The notes under the pieces are model-generated. The model searched no databases, was not told where the DNA came from, and saw only the letters and a list, made by a program, of their open reading frames with translations. From NCBI GenBank assembly GCA_036258795.1, contig DATACZ010000010.1, positions 1 to 51,790 of the forward strand: 51,790 bases of DNA, in the 5' to 3' direction. Position numbers and translations under genes: made by a program. Numbering within the stretch: position 1 is the stretch's first letter; each line of letters opens with the position of its first letter. Of the stretch, positions 1 to 9,248 are shown piece after piece. This stretch comes from Actinomycetota bacterium (lineage in GTDB: Bacteria; Actinomycetota; CADDZG01; JAHWKV01).

Positions 1-918
1 GGCGTAAAGCCGGCCATCTTCGCCGAACTTCATCCAGCAGATGTCGTCCCCAAGGGTCTCCACCTTCCAGCCGGGAAGGGTCGGGATCAGCATGGCGAGG
101 TTGGTCTTGCCGCATGCCGACGGGAATGCCCCGGTGACGTAATAGACCTCGCCCTCTGGGGAGGTTACCTTGACGATCAGCATGTGTTCGGCGAGCCAGC
201 CGTCGTCACGAGCCATGACGGAGGCAATGCGCAGCGAGAAGCACTTCTTACCCAGCAAAGCGTTGCCCCCGTAACCGGAACCGTACGACCAGATCTCCCG
301 GGTTTCAGGGAAGTGGACAATGTACTTGTGCTCGGGATTGCAGGGCCATGTGGAGTCCGGTTCGCCCGCTTCGAGAGGCGCCCCCAAGGAGTGAAGGCAG
401 GGAACAAACTCGCCGTCCGGCCCCAGGACGTCGAGGGCCTGGCGGCCCATGCGAGTCATGATCCTCATGCTCACCGCCACGTAAGGGGAGTCCGTTAGCT
501 CTACACCGATGTGGGCGATGGGAGATCCCAGCGGGCCCATGGAGAATGGGACCACGTACATAGTTCGTCCGCGCATCGATCCTCGATAAAGGAGGGTAAG
601 CGTTTCCCTGATCTCGTCCGGGTCACGCCAGTTGTTTGTGGGCCCGGCATCGTCGGGTGACTTCGAGGCGATGAACGTGCGGTCCTCGACTCGGGCGACG
701 TCACCGGGATCCGAGGCGGCCCAGTAGCTGTTTGGGCGCTTTGCTTCATCGAGACGGGTGAAGGTGCCTGCCTCGACGAGCAACTGGCATAGCCGGTCGT
801 ACTCCTCCTGAGACCCGTCGCACCAATGAATCCGGTCTGGGGTGGTCAGGGCGGCGACTTCGTCGACCCACTTGAGGAGGCCAGAGTTGCTGGTGAGGGG
901 AGTGGAAGAATTGGCCAT
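1..918 (-). CDS. pckG: GTP-dependent phosphoenolpyruvate carboxykinase, N-terminal 306 codons (3' part lies beyond the window edge)
   Basis: Absent from ORF track because it is open at the edge. Manual minus-strand translation from ATG (complement of 916-918) gives [10 protein letters not shown]...[43 protein letters not shown]...[22 protein letters not shown]...[13 protein letters not shown], the hallmark GTP-PEPCK motifs including the kinase P-loop. No stop down to position 1. Confidence 0.9.
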   Translation of the reverse strand, partial: MANSSTPLTSNSGLLKWVDEVAALTTPDRIHWCDGSQEEYDRLCQLLVEAGTFTRLDEAKRPNSYWAASDPGDVARVEDRTFIASKSPDDAGPTNNWRDPDEIRETLTLLYRGSMRGRTMYVVPFSMGPLGSPIAHIGVELTDSPYVAVSMRIMTRMGRQALDVLGPDGEFVPCLHSLGAPLEAGEPDSTWPCNPEHKYIVHFPETREIWSYGSGYGGNALLGKKCFSLRIASVMARDDGWLAEHMLIVKVTSPEGEVYYVTGAFPSACGKTNLAMLIPTLPGWKVETLGDDICWMKFGEDGRLYA

Positions 919-1015
919 GTACTTACAGTTCCTTCCTTTGGTGGACGGTGGCCATCCTAACGTCCAAATTTAGGGTTGTGGGCATGGTCCGGTCGACTCC
1001 GGGCATCATGTAGGG

Positions 1016-1990
1016 ATGGATCTCTCCAACATAGGCGAATTTGGCCTCATTGACCGACTCGAGAAGATTCTCGGGGATCCCGCCGAGGGTGAGATTTGGG
1101 TTGGCGACGATACCGCAGTACTTCGTGCTCCGGCGGGCACCATCCTGTTCACCGCCGATCTGATGGTGGAGGGTGTTCACTTCGATCTGAAGCTCACTGG
1201 CCCGGAGGATCTCGGCTACAAGGCGATAGCCGTAAATGCAAGCGATGTCGCTGCTATGGGAGGCGTTCCAAGAAGGGCTCTAGTAAGCCTGGGTCTTCGC
1301 AGGGGCATAGAGCTGGAGTGGGTGGAGGCGCTCTATGCGGGCATGCGCGAGTGCTGTGACCAGTTCGACATGGCGGTGGTGGGTGGGGACCTGTCCCGAA
1401 GCGACTCACTCATCGTATCGGTGGCTTTGCTGGGTAACCCTGCAGGCAGGTTGTTCGTCGAGAGAGGCGGGGCCCGGGTTACAGACGCGGTCTGCGTGAC
1501 GGGGACGCTCGGCGCCAGCGCCGCGGGACATGCTCTGTTGAGGGCGGGAATCGATACCCGGCCAGACCTGATTCAGGCGCATCGCCGGCCCACCCCCCGG
1601 GTGCGGGAAGCAGAGGTCCTGCGCCGGCACCTGCCTTCGGCCATGATCGACGTATCGGACGGGTTTTCGGCAGATCTGGGGCATATCTGCGAAGCGTCGT
1701 CGGTAGGCGTCGTAATCAACGCCGGGTCGTTGCCCCTTGCCGACTTGTCCGGACTGGAGCTGCAGAAGAGCGCACTTCAGCTTGGATTAGCCGGGGGCGA
1801 GGACTACGAGCTGTGCTTCACCATCCCGTCCGAGCGGTGTGACACTGCCCTCACCGCGGTGACGGAGGCAACTGGTACGCCGGTGACCCGGGTCGGGGAG
1901 GTTGTTGAAGCGGCCCGCGGGCGAGTTCTGTTGCTGGATACCGATGAGAGGCCAATGGAGGCACCGGGTTGGGACCACCTGCGGATATAG
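1016..1990 (+). CDS. thiL: Thiamine-monophosphate kinase
   Basis: 324-aa ORF. GEFGLIDRL, DDTAVL, FTADLMVEGVHFDL and AIAVNASDVAAMGG motifs of the ThiL/AIR-synthase-like family. Immediately followed by thiD. Confidence 0.88.
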   Translation: MDLSNIGEFGLIDRLEKILGDPAEGEIWVGDDTAVLRAPAGTILFTADLMVEGVHFDLKLTGPEDLGYKAIAVNASDVAAMGGVPRRALVSLGLRRGIELEWVEALYAGMRECCDQFDMAVVGGDLSRSDSLIVSVALLGNPAGRLFVERGGARVTDAVCVTGTLGASAAGHALLRAGIDTRPDLIQAHRRPTPRVREAEVLRRHLPSAMIDVSDGFSADLGHICEASSVGVVINAGSLPLADLSGLELQKSALQLGLAGGEDYELCFTIPSERCDTALTAVTEATGTPVTRVGEVVEAARGRVLLLDTDERPMEAPGWDHLRI

Positions 1991-2835
1991 AGGCTGAGGA
2001 CCCGGCCGGCGCCTATCTGCTGAGCGTTCCCGTGGCGCTTACCATCGCCGGCTCGGATTCGGGCGGTGGCGCGGGCATCCAGGCAGACCTCAAGACCTTC
2101 CTGGCTCTTGGCGTGCATGGGACCAGCGCGATCTGTGCCCTTACCGCCCAGAACACGATGGGCGTCTCAGCCGTCCACGCCGTACCGGCAGAGTTCGTCC
2201 GGGAACAAATCTCCCAGGTGGCGCAGGACTTCGTAGTCGATGCCGCAAAGACCGGCATGCTGTCTAATCCCGAGATCGTCGAGGCCGTCGCCAGCTCAGT
2301 GGAGGAGCTCGGCATCGGCAACCTGGTGGTCGATCCGGTTTTCGTATCGAAGAACCAGGACATCCTGCTCTCGCAGGACTCGGTGGACACTTTGGTGCAG
2401 AAGCTCTTCCCACTTGCAGTGGCAGTGACGCCCAACCTCTATGAAGCATCTTTGCTCACCGGCCGCGAGGTCAAAGACATCGGTGGGATGCGAGAGGCTG
2501 CCAGGGTCCTTCATGACAAGGGACCGAGGTGCGTGATCGTCAAAGGAGGCCATCTGGCCGGGGAGGCGGTCGACCTGTTTTACGACGGAAGCGAGTTCAG
2601 GGAGATCTCCGCCGGCCGAATTCCGTCCGACAACACGCACGGGACCGGTTGCACCTTTTCAGCCGCAATCGCCGCCTACCTGGCACGGGGGCGGGGGCTA
2701 CGGGAATCAGTGGAGCTGGCCAAGCAGTACGTGACCGGAGCGATCAGGTATGGGCTCGCTGTGGGCAAGGGCTTCGGCCCGACCAACCACGGCTGGAGCT
2801 CGACTATCTCCCCTTCTTCTGCAGGTAACGCCTGA
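1969..2835 (+). CDS. thiD: Hydroxymethylpyrimidine/phosphomethylpyrimidine kinase
   Basis: [37 protein letters not shown] and [15 protein letters not shown] motifs. Start uncertain: TTG 1969 overlaps thiL, while in-frame GTG at 2032 gives the typical [10 protein letters not shown]-terminus. Confidence 0.88.
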   Translation: MGPPADIEAEDPAGAYLLSVPVALTIAGSDSGGGAGIQADLKTFLALGVHGTSAICALTAQNTMGVSAVHAVPAEFVREQISQVAQDFVVDAAKTGMLSNPEIVEAVASSVEELGIGNLVVDPVFVSKNQDILLSQDSVDTLVQKLFPLAVAVTPNLYEASLLTGREVKDIGGMREAARVLHDKGPRCVIVKGGHLAGEAVDLFYDGSEFREISAGRIPSDNTHGTGCTFSAAIAAYLARGRGLRESVELAKQYVTGAIRYGLAVGKGFGPTNHGWSSTISPSSAGNA

Positions 2836-3049
2836 CGACAAGTACACCCATTACCACCACAAACGCGGCAATGGCGACCTTGGCCCCGACGTCGCGGGCT
2901 CTTTGAGCACCATGTTTGAGCTGTTCGGCGCCCTCTTTGACGCGCTCCACGCTCTCGCTTAGCTCTTCGGCCAGGGCATCGACCTTCTCCGCCAGAGCCT
3001 CACGAGCCAGCTTTAGCTCGAGCTCTATCTCCTCACGGTCTTCGCCCAT
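2804..3049 (-). CDS. Small coiled-coil protein with C-terminal transmembrane anchor (DUF3618-like)
   Basis: 81 aa. N-terminal charged helical segment (EIELELKLAREALAEKVDALAEELSESVERVKE) and C-terminal hydrophobic helix [15 protein letters not shown] followed by RRYLQKKGR. Start overlaps the stop of the upstream holin-like gene. 3' end overlaps the thiD 3' end by about 32 nt. Confidence 0.5.
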   Translation of the reverse strand: MGEDREEIELELKLAREALAEKVDALAEELSESVERVKEGAEQLKHGAQRARDVGAKVAIAAFVVVMGVLVVRRYLQKKGR

Positions 3050-3500
3050 GCCGCCTTCCCATCCGTTTGGCCCAGTCCAGGTTATCCCGCAGGGAATTTA
3101 TGGTGCGCTCCGGTTTGTAATTTCCCTCCAACCTCTTCTTGGCCAAAAGGAACACCACGGCACAGGTAACGGCCATCAGGACGGTGACCAGAAGAGCTGA
3201 CGTCCAGCGAGGCATCCATACGGCAAACACCTCGAACAGGGTGAGCAGGACGAAGGGCACGAGGAACAGGCCGAGCAGGGCGCCCAGCGCCCCGAGGCCG
3301 GCACCTACCGCCTTGGTCCTGGCTATCTCCGCTATCTCTTGCTTGGCGAGCTCTATCTCGAGGCGGACCAACTTGGAGAGGTCCTGAGTGATTCCGGCGG
3401 CGAGGTCGCCTGCGGTTCGAACGCTGTCCTTTATGGAATCAACGGATTCGCCGAGGGAGTCCAACGGATCTTCGCCCGGGATGCCGTCGCGTGCCCTCAT
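3033..3500 (-). CDS. Membrane protein, actinobacterial Holin-X / phage-holin-3_6-like family
   Basis: 155 aa. Amphipathic N-terminal region (LVRLEIELAKQEIAE), then two long hydrophobic helices (GAGLGALGALLGLFLVPFVLLTLF ; TSALLVTVLMAVTCAVVFLLA). Architecture recalled for the Holin-X family, which commonly pairs with a DUF3618 gene. Confidence 0.55.
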   Translation of the reverse strand: MRARDGIPGEDPLDSLGESVDSIKDSVRTAGDLAAGITQDLSKLVRLEIELAKQEIAEIARTKAVGAGLGALGALLGLFLVPFVLLTLFEVFAVWMPRWTSALLVTVLMAVTCAVVFLLAKKRLEGNYKPERTINSLRDNLDWAKRMGRRHGRRP

Positions 3501-3531
3501 GTCCTTAGCTACGCTGAGCGGATCCGCACCT

Positions 3532-3732
3532 TCAGGATTTAGGCAGCGCCCGGGGAACCTTGTTTGCCCTGATACACGAGGTGCATACCCGGAGCTTTAG
3601 GGGAGTCCCGCCTACGATGGTTCGCACGGTTTGGATGTTGGGTGTCCACCTGCGGTTCGTCCGCCGGTGAGAGTGGCTGATGGACTTTCCAAACTGCGGT
3701 GTCTTGCCGCATACGTCACAGATTCGGGACAC
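3532..3732 (-). CDS. rpmB: 50S ribosomal protein L28
   Basis: 66 aa: [37 protein letters not shown]... is a typical L28 sequence. Confidence 0.93.
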   Translation of the reverse strand: MSRICDVCGKTPQFGKSISHSHRRTNRRWTPNIQTVRTIVGGTPLKLRVCTSCIRANKVPRALPKS

Positions 3733-3841
3733 TAACCCTCCTGAAGTTTGTTCTAGGAAAACAGTAATCGAAAGTTATCAATCCGGCGACTTTGGCGGTC
3801 GGAGGTATCCATTCCGATGACTACGGCGTTTACCAAGCGAA

Positions 3842-4549
3842 ATGAAAACGCCAGCCGTCATGAAACGAATACTCAACTCGATTCAAACCAGTGGGCACGG
3901 GCCTTTGGTCCTGAAGCAGCTTGCTGTGCTGGTAATCACCTTCGTAATCGGCTTCAGCGGCTCGGCGGCGATGGCCGCCCTCCGTACCGATCAGCCCGTG
4001 CCTACGCCGTCGGCTTCTCGCACCCTTTCGGCCCCGGCCCCCGGTCCTGAGGCACCTCCGGTGGCGCCACCGCCAGCAGCGCCGGCCGCGGTCGCGGCGG
4101 CAACATCACCGGCTGGTAAAGCTCCTTCCAGGAGTGTCGCCAAAGCCAAGCAGACACCGACAGCCAGCGCTGCGGCGCCCGTGACAGCCGCTCCGCCGCC
4201 TGCTGCGCCGGCCGCCAAATGCAGCCGGCTTGACGATCCCAAGATCGACTGGCTGCTACAGCAAGTGGCCAAGACCAAGGTGGAACATCCCGACGTTGCA
4301 GTTGGTGCATCCACGATAGAGCAGGCCCTGCTCGCTGCCAGGGGCAAGAACCTCTGCGCCGCGGAGGCTCAGGCGCTGGTGGCCCAGCTCTGTACGGACC
4401 CGGAGGCAGTAAAGGCGCTGAATCGGATGGTCGCAGGACTCCCGTTCTTCGTTCGCCCGTCGGTGGGTGACCCTTGCAAGGCAAACCTGGTGGACGTCAT
4501 GAACAAGATGGGGCAGTACGTTCCCGGCCTGTCGAGCGAACCTAGCTGA
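3842..4549 (+). CDS. Hypothetical secreted/anchored protein: signal anchor, Pro/Ala-rich linker, 4-Cys C-terminal domain
   Basis: 235 aa. N-terminal hydrophobic segment LAVLVITFVIGFSGSAAMAA. About 90 aa of P/A-rich low complexity with APPPAAPAA twice. C-terminal ~110 aa globular region with 4 Cys. No family recognised. Confidence 0.6.
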   Translation: MKTPAVMKRILNSIQTSGHGPLVLKQLAVLVITFVIGFSGSAAMAALRTDQPVPTPSASRTLSAPAPGPEAPPVAPPPAAPAAVAAATSPAGKAPSRSVAKAKQTPTASAAAPVTAAPPPAAPAAKCSRLDDPKIDWLLQQVAKTKVEHPDVAVGASTIEQALLAARGKNLCAAEAQALVAQLCTDPEAVKALNRMVAGLPFFVRPSVGDPCKANLVDVMNKMGQYVPGLSSEPS

Positions 4550-4628
4550 TAGCGGCCGGGCTCTGTCCTGAGAGGGATCTCACCGGTTAATCCGATGAGA
4601 GACCTCGACACCGGAGAGAATAGGGGGG

Positions 4629-6791
4629 ATGTCGCAACAGCCGCTCCTCCTCTACGCTCCCCCCGAGCTACGGGTACCCGTCACGGGCGTCCGGGCGGTG
4701 AGCCCCCGTCACGCCAGGCTTCTGGCGGAGTCCCGATTTGGCATCCGGTCGGTTCAGGAGCTGCTACAGCACTATCCCCGCAGACACTTGGACTTCTCGG
4801 ATACAAAGAGTATCCACAGGGCTCGAGTGGGTGATGAGATCACCGTAATCGGCGAGGTGCGGAAGGTCCAGACTCCTCCCCGTTCCAGGCCGAGGATCCC
4901 GGTCAAGGTGGCCGTCAACGACGGCACCTCCCATCTGTGGTTGGTCTTCTTCAATCAACCATGGCGAGCTCGTCAGCTGAAGGTCGGCACCATGATTGCC
5001 GCCAAAGGCAAGATCTCGGTGTTCAGGGGTGCCCGTCAGATGAGCTCCCCACTGGTTGACGTCATCTCCGACCCCGGGGAGGCGGTGAAGATCGTCCCCC
5101 TATATCCCGCAACAGCCGAGGTTCACACCGCGTTGCTGAGGAGGGCAATCCGCTCGGCGCTGGATCAGTTCAGCCCCCTGGCCGACCCGCTGCCGAAGTC
5201 CTTATTGGAGCGGTACGAGCTCATCGATCGGACCAGAGCGCTGGCCGAATACCACTTTCCCTCGGAGATGGGCCAGAAGTTCGTAGCCCGCAAACGCCTG
5301 GTCTTCGACGAGCTTTTCACCCTTCAGCTGGGCCTGGCTTTCCGTAAGCACCGCATCGAGGCCGAGACAATCGGCATCACCCACAAGGTGGAGGCAGAGC
5401 TTGCCGGCAAGTTCGTGGAGTCCCTTCCCTTCACGCTCACGGGGGCTCAGCGGAGGGCGATGGGGGAGCTGGAAAGGGACATGGGCCAGTCCGTCCCCAT
5501 GCACCGGCTGCTACAGGGGGAAGTCGGCTCCGGTAAGACCGTAGTGGCCCTGTACGCGGCCTTGCTGGCGGTCCAGGGAGGCTACCAGGCCGCGATCATG
5601 GCGCCCACCGAGGTCCTTGCCAACCAGCACTACCTGACCATTTCCAAGCTTCTGGAGCCCTTGGCAGGTCATCCGGAGTTTCAGGGGGCGGGACAGCTAG
5701 ACCTATTCGGGACCCCAGAGGCGGTTCTCCTCACGGGAGCGGTCGGCGCGGCCGCGCGGCGAAAGGCTCTGGCAGCCATCGCCGATGGATCTGCGGGCAT
5801 CGTGGTCGGCACCCATGCCCTGATTCAGGAGGGAGTCGAGTTCGCAAATCTCGGGCTGGTAATCGTCGATGAGCAGCACAGGTTTGGAGTAAGACAGCGG
5901 GTGGCCCTCAAGGAGAAGACGGCCGGGGCCCGGACTCCCGACGTGCTGATCATGACCGCGACGCCCATCCCGCGGACCCTATCGTTCACCCTGTACGGAG
6001 ACCTTGACGTCAGCGTCCTCGATGAGCTTCCCAGGGACCGGCAGCCCGTGAGCACGCTGGTGCTGGATGAGCCGAGGCGCGAGGAGGCCTATGCGCTGGT
6101 GAGGACCGAGGTGGCCAGGGGACGGCAAGCCTACGTCATCACGCCGCTGATCGAAGAGTCGGACAAGCTGCAAGTGGCCTCTGCGGAGGCGGAGGCAGAA
6201 CGGCTTGCCAGAGAGGTGTTCCCGGATCTTCGAGTCGGAAAGCTCCACGGGCGCATGCGCCCTGCGGTCAAGGAGTCCACCATGACGAAGTTCCGGGAGG
6301 GCGAGATCGACGTGCTGATCTCCACGACGGTCGTGGAGGTGGGTGTGGATGTGCCCAATGCCACCGTCATGCTGATCGAGAATGCCGACCGGTTTGGGCT
6401 CTCTCAGCTACACCAGCTCAGGGGCCGGATCGGGCGGGGCCAGCACCCGTCCACCTGCGTCCTTCTGACGGATGCTCTGAACGGAGAGGAGGATGAGGAG
6501 GGAAGCCCCGAGGCCAGGCTTCGGGCAGTGGCCTCCACCAATGATGGCTTTGAGCTTGCGTCCAAGGATCTGGAGTTGAGAGGCACGGGAACCATCCTCG
6601 GCGAGCGCCAGTCGGGTATTTCGGATCTCAAGCTGACCCACCTACTCAGGGACATCGCGATACTTACCTCCGCCCGAAAAGAGGCGTTTGGAATGATCGA
6701 CGAAGACCCCGACCTGTCCTCTTACCCCCAGATCCGGCTCGAGATGGAGGGCCGCTTTGCCGATAGGCTCGACTGGTTGCTCCGCTCTTGA
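4629..6791 (+). CDS. recG: ATP-dependent DNA helicase RecG
   Basis: 720 aa. Helicase motifs GEVGSGKT, VDEQHRFG, TATPIPRT, QLHQLRGRIGRG. N-terminal OB/wedge region. Canonical position upstream of rsmD-coaD. Confidence 0.95.
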   Translation: MSQQPLLLYAPPELRVPVTGVRAVSPRHARLLAESRFGIRSVQELLQHYPRRHLDFSDTKSIHRARVGDEITVIGEVRKVQTPPRSRPRIPVKVAVNDGTSHLWLVFFNQPWRARQLKVGTMIAAKGKISVFRGARQMSSPLVDVISDPGEAVKIVPLYPATAEVHTALLRRAIRSALDQFSPLADPLPKSLLERYELIDRTRALAEYHFPSEMGQKFVARKRLVFDELFTLQLGLAFRKHRIEAETIGITHKVEAELAGKFVESLPFTLTGAQRRAMGELERDMGQSVPMHRLLQGEVGSGKTVVALYAALLAVQGGYQAAIMAPTEVLANQHYLTISKLLEPLAGHPEFQGAGQLDLFGTPEAVLLTGAVGAAARRKALAAIADGSAGIVVGTHALIQEGVEFANLGLVIVDEQHRFGVRQRVALKEKTAGARTPDVLIMTATPIPRTLSFTLYGDLDVSVLDELPRDRQPVSTLVLDEPRREEAYALVRTEVARGRQAYVITPLIEESDKLQVASAEAEAERLAREVFPDLRVGKLHGRMRPAVKESTMTKFREGEIDVLISTTVVEVGVDVPNATVMLIENADRFGLSQLHQLRGRIGRGQHPSTCVLLTDALNGEEDEEGSPEARLRAVASTNDGFELASKDLELRGTGTILGERQSGISDLKLTHLLRDIAILTSARKEAFGMIDEDPDLSSYPQIRLEMEGRFADRLDWLLRS

Positions 6792-6813
6792 TTCGCTGGG
6801 TGGTCAGGGTTAG

Positions 6814-7362
6814 ATGAGGGTCATCGCCGGAGAGGCCAAGGGCAGGCGGTTGAGAACGGCGCCATCGAAGAAGGTCAGGCCGAGCGGAGACCGGCTGAAA
6901 GAAGCACTCTTCGCTACGCTGGGGGCCGGGATAGAGAGAAAGACCGTCCTGGATCTTTTTGCGGGCTCGGGGGCCCTGGGAATCGAGGCGCTTTCCCGCG
7001 GGGCCGCTCACGCCACGTTCGTGGAGAGCTACCACGAGGCCGCATCCATGATTCGAGCCAACCTCCAGGCCACCGGCCTCGAAGACCGCGCCACGGTGGT
7101 TCGGTCAACTGTGGAGCAGTTTCTCAGCTCGCCTACTTCAAGGCCATTTGATGTGGTCTTCATGGACCCGCCTTATGCCACCGGTGTTCCGTCCCGGCTG
7201 CTCGATGCCATGGCCTCAGGAGGTCTCGTTCATGGGGACTCACTGGTCGTGGTGGAGATGTCCTCCCGGACGGAGAAGGGTCTTTTGCCGTCACGATACC
7301 GGCTTGCCGATGAGCGCAGGTACGGGGACTCGACCCTGCTTTATTTGAAGGTGGCTCAATAA
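6814..7362 (+). CDS. rsmD: 16S rRNA (guanine966-N2)-methyltransferase
   Basis: 182 aa. MRVIAGEAKGRRL, SAM motif LDLFAGSGALGIEALSRGA, catalytic FMDPPY. Confidence 0.9.
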   Translation: MRVIAGEAKGRRLRTAPSKKVRPSGDRLKEALFATLGAGIERKTVLDLFAGSGALGIEALSRGAAHATFVESYHEAASMIRANLQATGLEDRATVVRSTVEQFLSSPTSRPFDVVFMDPPYATGVPSRLLDAMASGGLVHGDSLVVVEMSSRTEKGLLPSRYRLADERRYGDSTLLYLKVAQ

Positions 7363-7847
7363 TGGCCGTAGCTCTATGTCCCGGGTCGTTTGACCCACCC
7401 ACAAACGGACATGTCGATGTGATCGAGCGAGCCTGCAGGCACTTCGAGAGGGTTGTGGTGTCTGTCGTCGAGAATCCGTCGAAGTCACCGTTGTTCACCC
7501 CGGAAGAGCGTGTCGAGCTACTGCGCTCGGTGCTGGGTCATCTGGAGAATGTCTCCGTAGAGTCTCATCGCGGCCTGTTGATGGACCTGGTCCGTGAGAG
7601 GGGAGCCTCGGTTATCGTCAAGGGGTTGAGGGCCCTCTCGGATGTCGAGCGGGAGCTGCAAATGGCGCAGATGAATGCAAGCCTTCTGGAAGGGGTCGAT
7701 ACTATCTTCATCACCACAGATCCAAGGTGGGGCTTCGTCTCGTCCAGCCTTGTCAAGGAGGTCGCAACCTACGGGGGAGATGTCCGTAATCTGGTGCCGC
7801 ATAAGGTGAATGAAGCGCTGACCGGGCGACTGAGAGCCCAAGGATGA
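7362..7847 (+). CDS. coaD: Phosphopantetheine adenylyltransferase
   Basis: 161 aa. CPGSFDPPTNGHVDVIERA nucleotidyltransferase motif, KGLRALSDVERELQMAQMN. TAATG junction with rsmD. Confidence 0.94.
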   Translation: MAVALCPGSFDPPTNGHVDVIERACRHFERVVVSVVENPSKSPLFTPEERVELLRSVLGHLENVSVESHRGLLMDLVRERGASVIVKGLRALSDVERELQMAQMNASLLEGVDTIFITTDPRWGFVSSSLVKEVATYGGDVRNLVPHKVNEALTGRLRAQG

Positions 7848-7863
7848 ATCCTCGGGAATTTTT
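7838..7863 (+). terminator. Weak terminator-like hairpin plus T5 run spanning the coaD stop
   Basis: ccaagga-tgaa-tcctcgg (6 of 7 pairs) at 7838-7855, followed by gaattttt (T-run 7859-7863). Confidence 0.3.
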
Positions 7864-7900
7864 CGTGCATGCCCGGAGGCTGGTGGTCTAGGCTGTAGTT

Positions 7901-8455
7901 GTGGGCCTTCTCGAAGAAATCGACGCCGTCATCCATGAGGTTCGGGCGGCCAAGCCGGTGCCCCTCTCCGCTTCGGCCATGATCAACAAGAAGGCGCTGC
8001 TCTCCCAATTGGAGCGGATAAGGCGCAACGCTCCCGAAGAGCTCAAACAGGCCCGCTGGGTCGTCCAGGATCGAGAAGAGCTCATAACGGGAGCACAAGC
8101 CGAGATAGACAAGATGCTCGCGGAGGCCGCTGCTGAGCGTGACCGGATGCTGGCTCGAACCGAGATCGTCGGTGCTGCTAGCCGGGAAGCCGACAGGATC
8201 ATCGAGGAGGCCAAAAACCGCGCAAGGCAGATCAGGATGGAGGCCGAGGACTACGTAGACGCCAAGCTTGCCAGCTTCGAAGTCGTCCTACAAAAAACAC
8301 TGGGCGCCGTCACCCGGGGCCGGGAATCCCTACGAGGACGCCTGGACGTGGCGGGGCAACAGGTCCCACTCGACCAGCCGGGAGAGCTTGCCACCCTGCC
8401 ATCTGACACGGGGGGTTTTCGAATAACGGATACGGGGAGCTTCCGCCGCACCTAG
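7901..8455 (+). CDS. Coiled-coil protein (DivIVA / ATP-synthase-b-like, conserved actinobacterial neighbour of coaD and yceD)
   Basis: 184 aa, GTG start. Highly charged helical sequence (EAAAERDRMLARTEIVGAASREADRIIEEAKNRARQIRMEAEDYVDAKL). Position between coaD and DUF177 matches remembered Streptomyces synteny. Confidence 0.6.
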   Translation: MGLLEEIDAVIHEVRAAKPVPLSASAMINKKALLSQLERIRRNAPEELKQARWVVQDREELITGAQAEIDKMLAEAAAERDRMLARTEIVGAASREADRIIEEAKNRARQIRMEAEDYVDAKLASFEVVLQKTLGAVTRGRESLRGRLDVAGQQVPLDQPGELATLPSDTGGFRITDTGSFRRT

Positions 8456-8470
8456 CCGGAAGACCTGGGT

Positions 8471-8508
8471 AGCGAACCTCGATTTGTTATCATGGGGGTT
8501 CGCTTTTT
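8471..8508 (+). terminator. Intrinsic-terminator-like hairpin with T-tract
   Basis: 8-bp perfect stem agcgaacc (8471-8478) / ggttcgct (8497-8504), 18-nt loop, then T-run to 8508. Lies 16 nt after the stop of the 7901-8455 gene. Confidence 0.5.
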
Positions 8509-8526
8509 CCGAGGCGGCCCTCCTCC

Positions 8527-9048
8527 ATGCACTGGTTGCTCATCGACGTATCAGGTCTTGCCGGAAGGCCGGGGGCCATTCAAGACCTATCCACCGCTGG
8601 GATGATCGGGGGTCTTCGCGGCGGGCTGGGATGGGTCGAAGAAGGCGAACTGGTCAGGGTAGACCTGACATTTGAAAGCTTAAGAGAAGGTGTGCAGGTC
8701 AGCGGCACCGCCGGGGGGCTGCTTCACCTGAACTGCTCCCGATGCTTGGTTGATTACGAGCAGGAATTTGAGCGCAAGCTGGATGAGATCTTCTATTTCG
8801 ACGCCGGCGAAGCGGAGGAGAGGGAAGGATACGAGGTTCACGGGAAGGTAGTGGACCTGGAGCCGATGTTGAGGGATGCCATCGTACTCGGCATCCCCGT
8901 CAAACCTCTTCATGATGTTGACTGTCGAGGGTTGTGTCCTGTCTGCGGGATGGACCTCAACGTCGGGCATTGTGCTCACGGGCGGGGAGAGGTCGACCCA
9001 CGGTGGGCCCCCCTCCGAAAGCTCATGGAGAAGAGCGAAGGCAGCTAG
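8527..9048 (+). CDS. yceD: DUF177 / YceD family protein (large-subunit rRNA accumulation protein)
   Basis: 173 aa. Two Cys pairs (CSRC ... CPVCG) and acidic region. Directly upstream of rpmF, as in most bacteria. Confidence 0.85.
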   Translation: MHWLLIDVSGLAGRPGAIQDLSTAGMIGGLRGGLGWVEEGELVRVDLTFESLREGVQVSGTAGGLLHLNCSRCLVDYEQEFERKLDEIFYFDAGEAEEREGYEVHGKVVDLEPMLRDAIVLGIPVKPLHDVDCRGLCPVCGMDLNVGHCAHGRGEVDPRWAPLRKLMEKSEGS

Positions 9049-9065
9049 ATGCTGGGAGGAGTTTG

Positions 9066-9242
9066 ATGCCGGTACCGAAGAGAAAGAAATCCAGGTCCAC
9101 CACCAGGCACCGAAGAGCCCATTGGAAGCTCACCGTACCGGGGAAGTCCACATGCCCGCAGTGCCACGCTCCCAAAGCATCCCATCGGGTATGCGGAAAG
9201 TGCGGATTCTACGACGGCCGCGAGGTCGTTGAGGTCGAGTAG
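9066..9242 (+). CDS. rpmF: 50S ribosomal protein L32
   Basis: Internal ATG at 9066 of ORF 8934-9242 gives MPVPKRKKSRSTTRHRRAHWKL...CPQCHAPKASHRVCGKCGFY (58 aa), a classic L32 with zinc ribbon. Confidence 0.93.
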   Translation: MPVPKRKKSRSTTRHRRAHWKLTVPGKSTCPQCHAPKASHRVCGKCGFYDGREVVEVE

Positions 9243-9248
9243 AGCGCC

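Noticed and set aside
919-1015. Looked for a TPP riboswitch upstream of thiL-thiD.
   Set aside because: There is no CUGAGA/ACCUGA-type conserved core and no suitable stem architecture in the 97-nt spacer. It looks like a plain divergent promoter region shared with pckG.
8934-9065. Upstream extensions offered by the ORF track for rpmF (8934), the hydrolase (10727), ffh (18155), fabG (43440), TetR (46221), GH65 (46971), dxr (36788) and rseP (37951).
   Set aside because: Each extension overlaps the preceding gene or adds non-conserved residues. Internal starts give canonical N-termini and stop/start coupling with the upstream gene.
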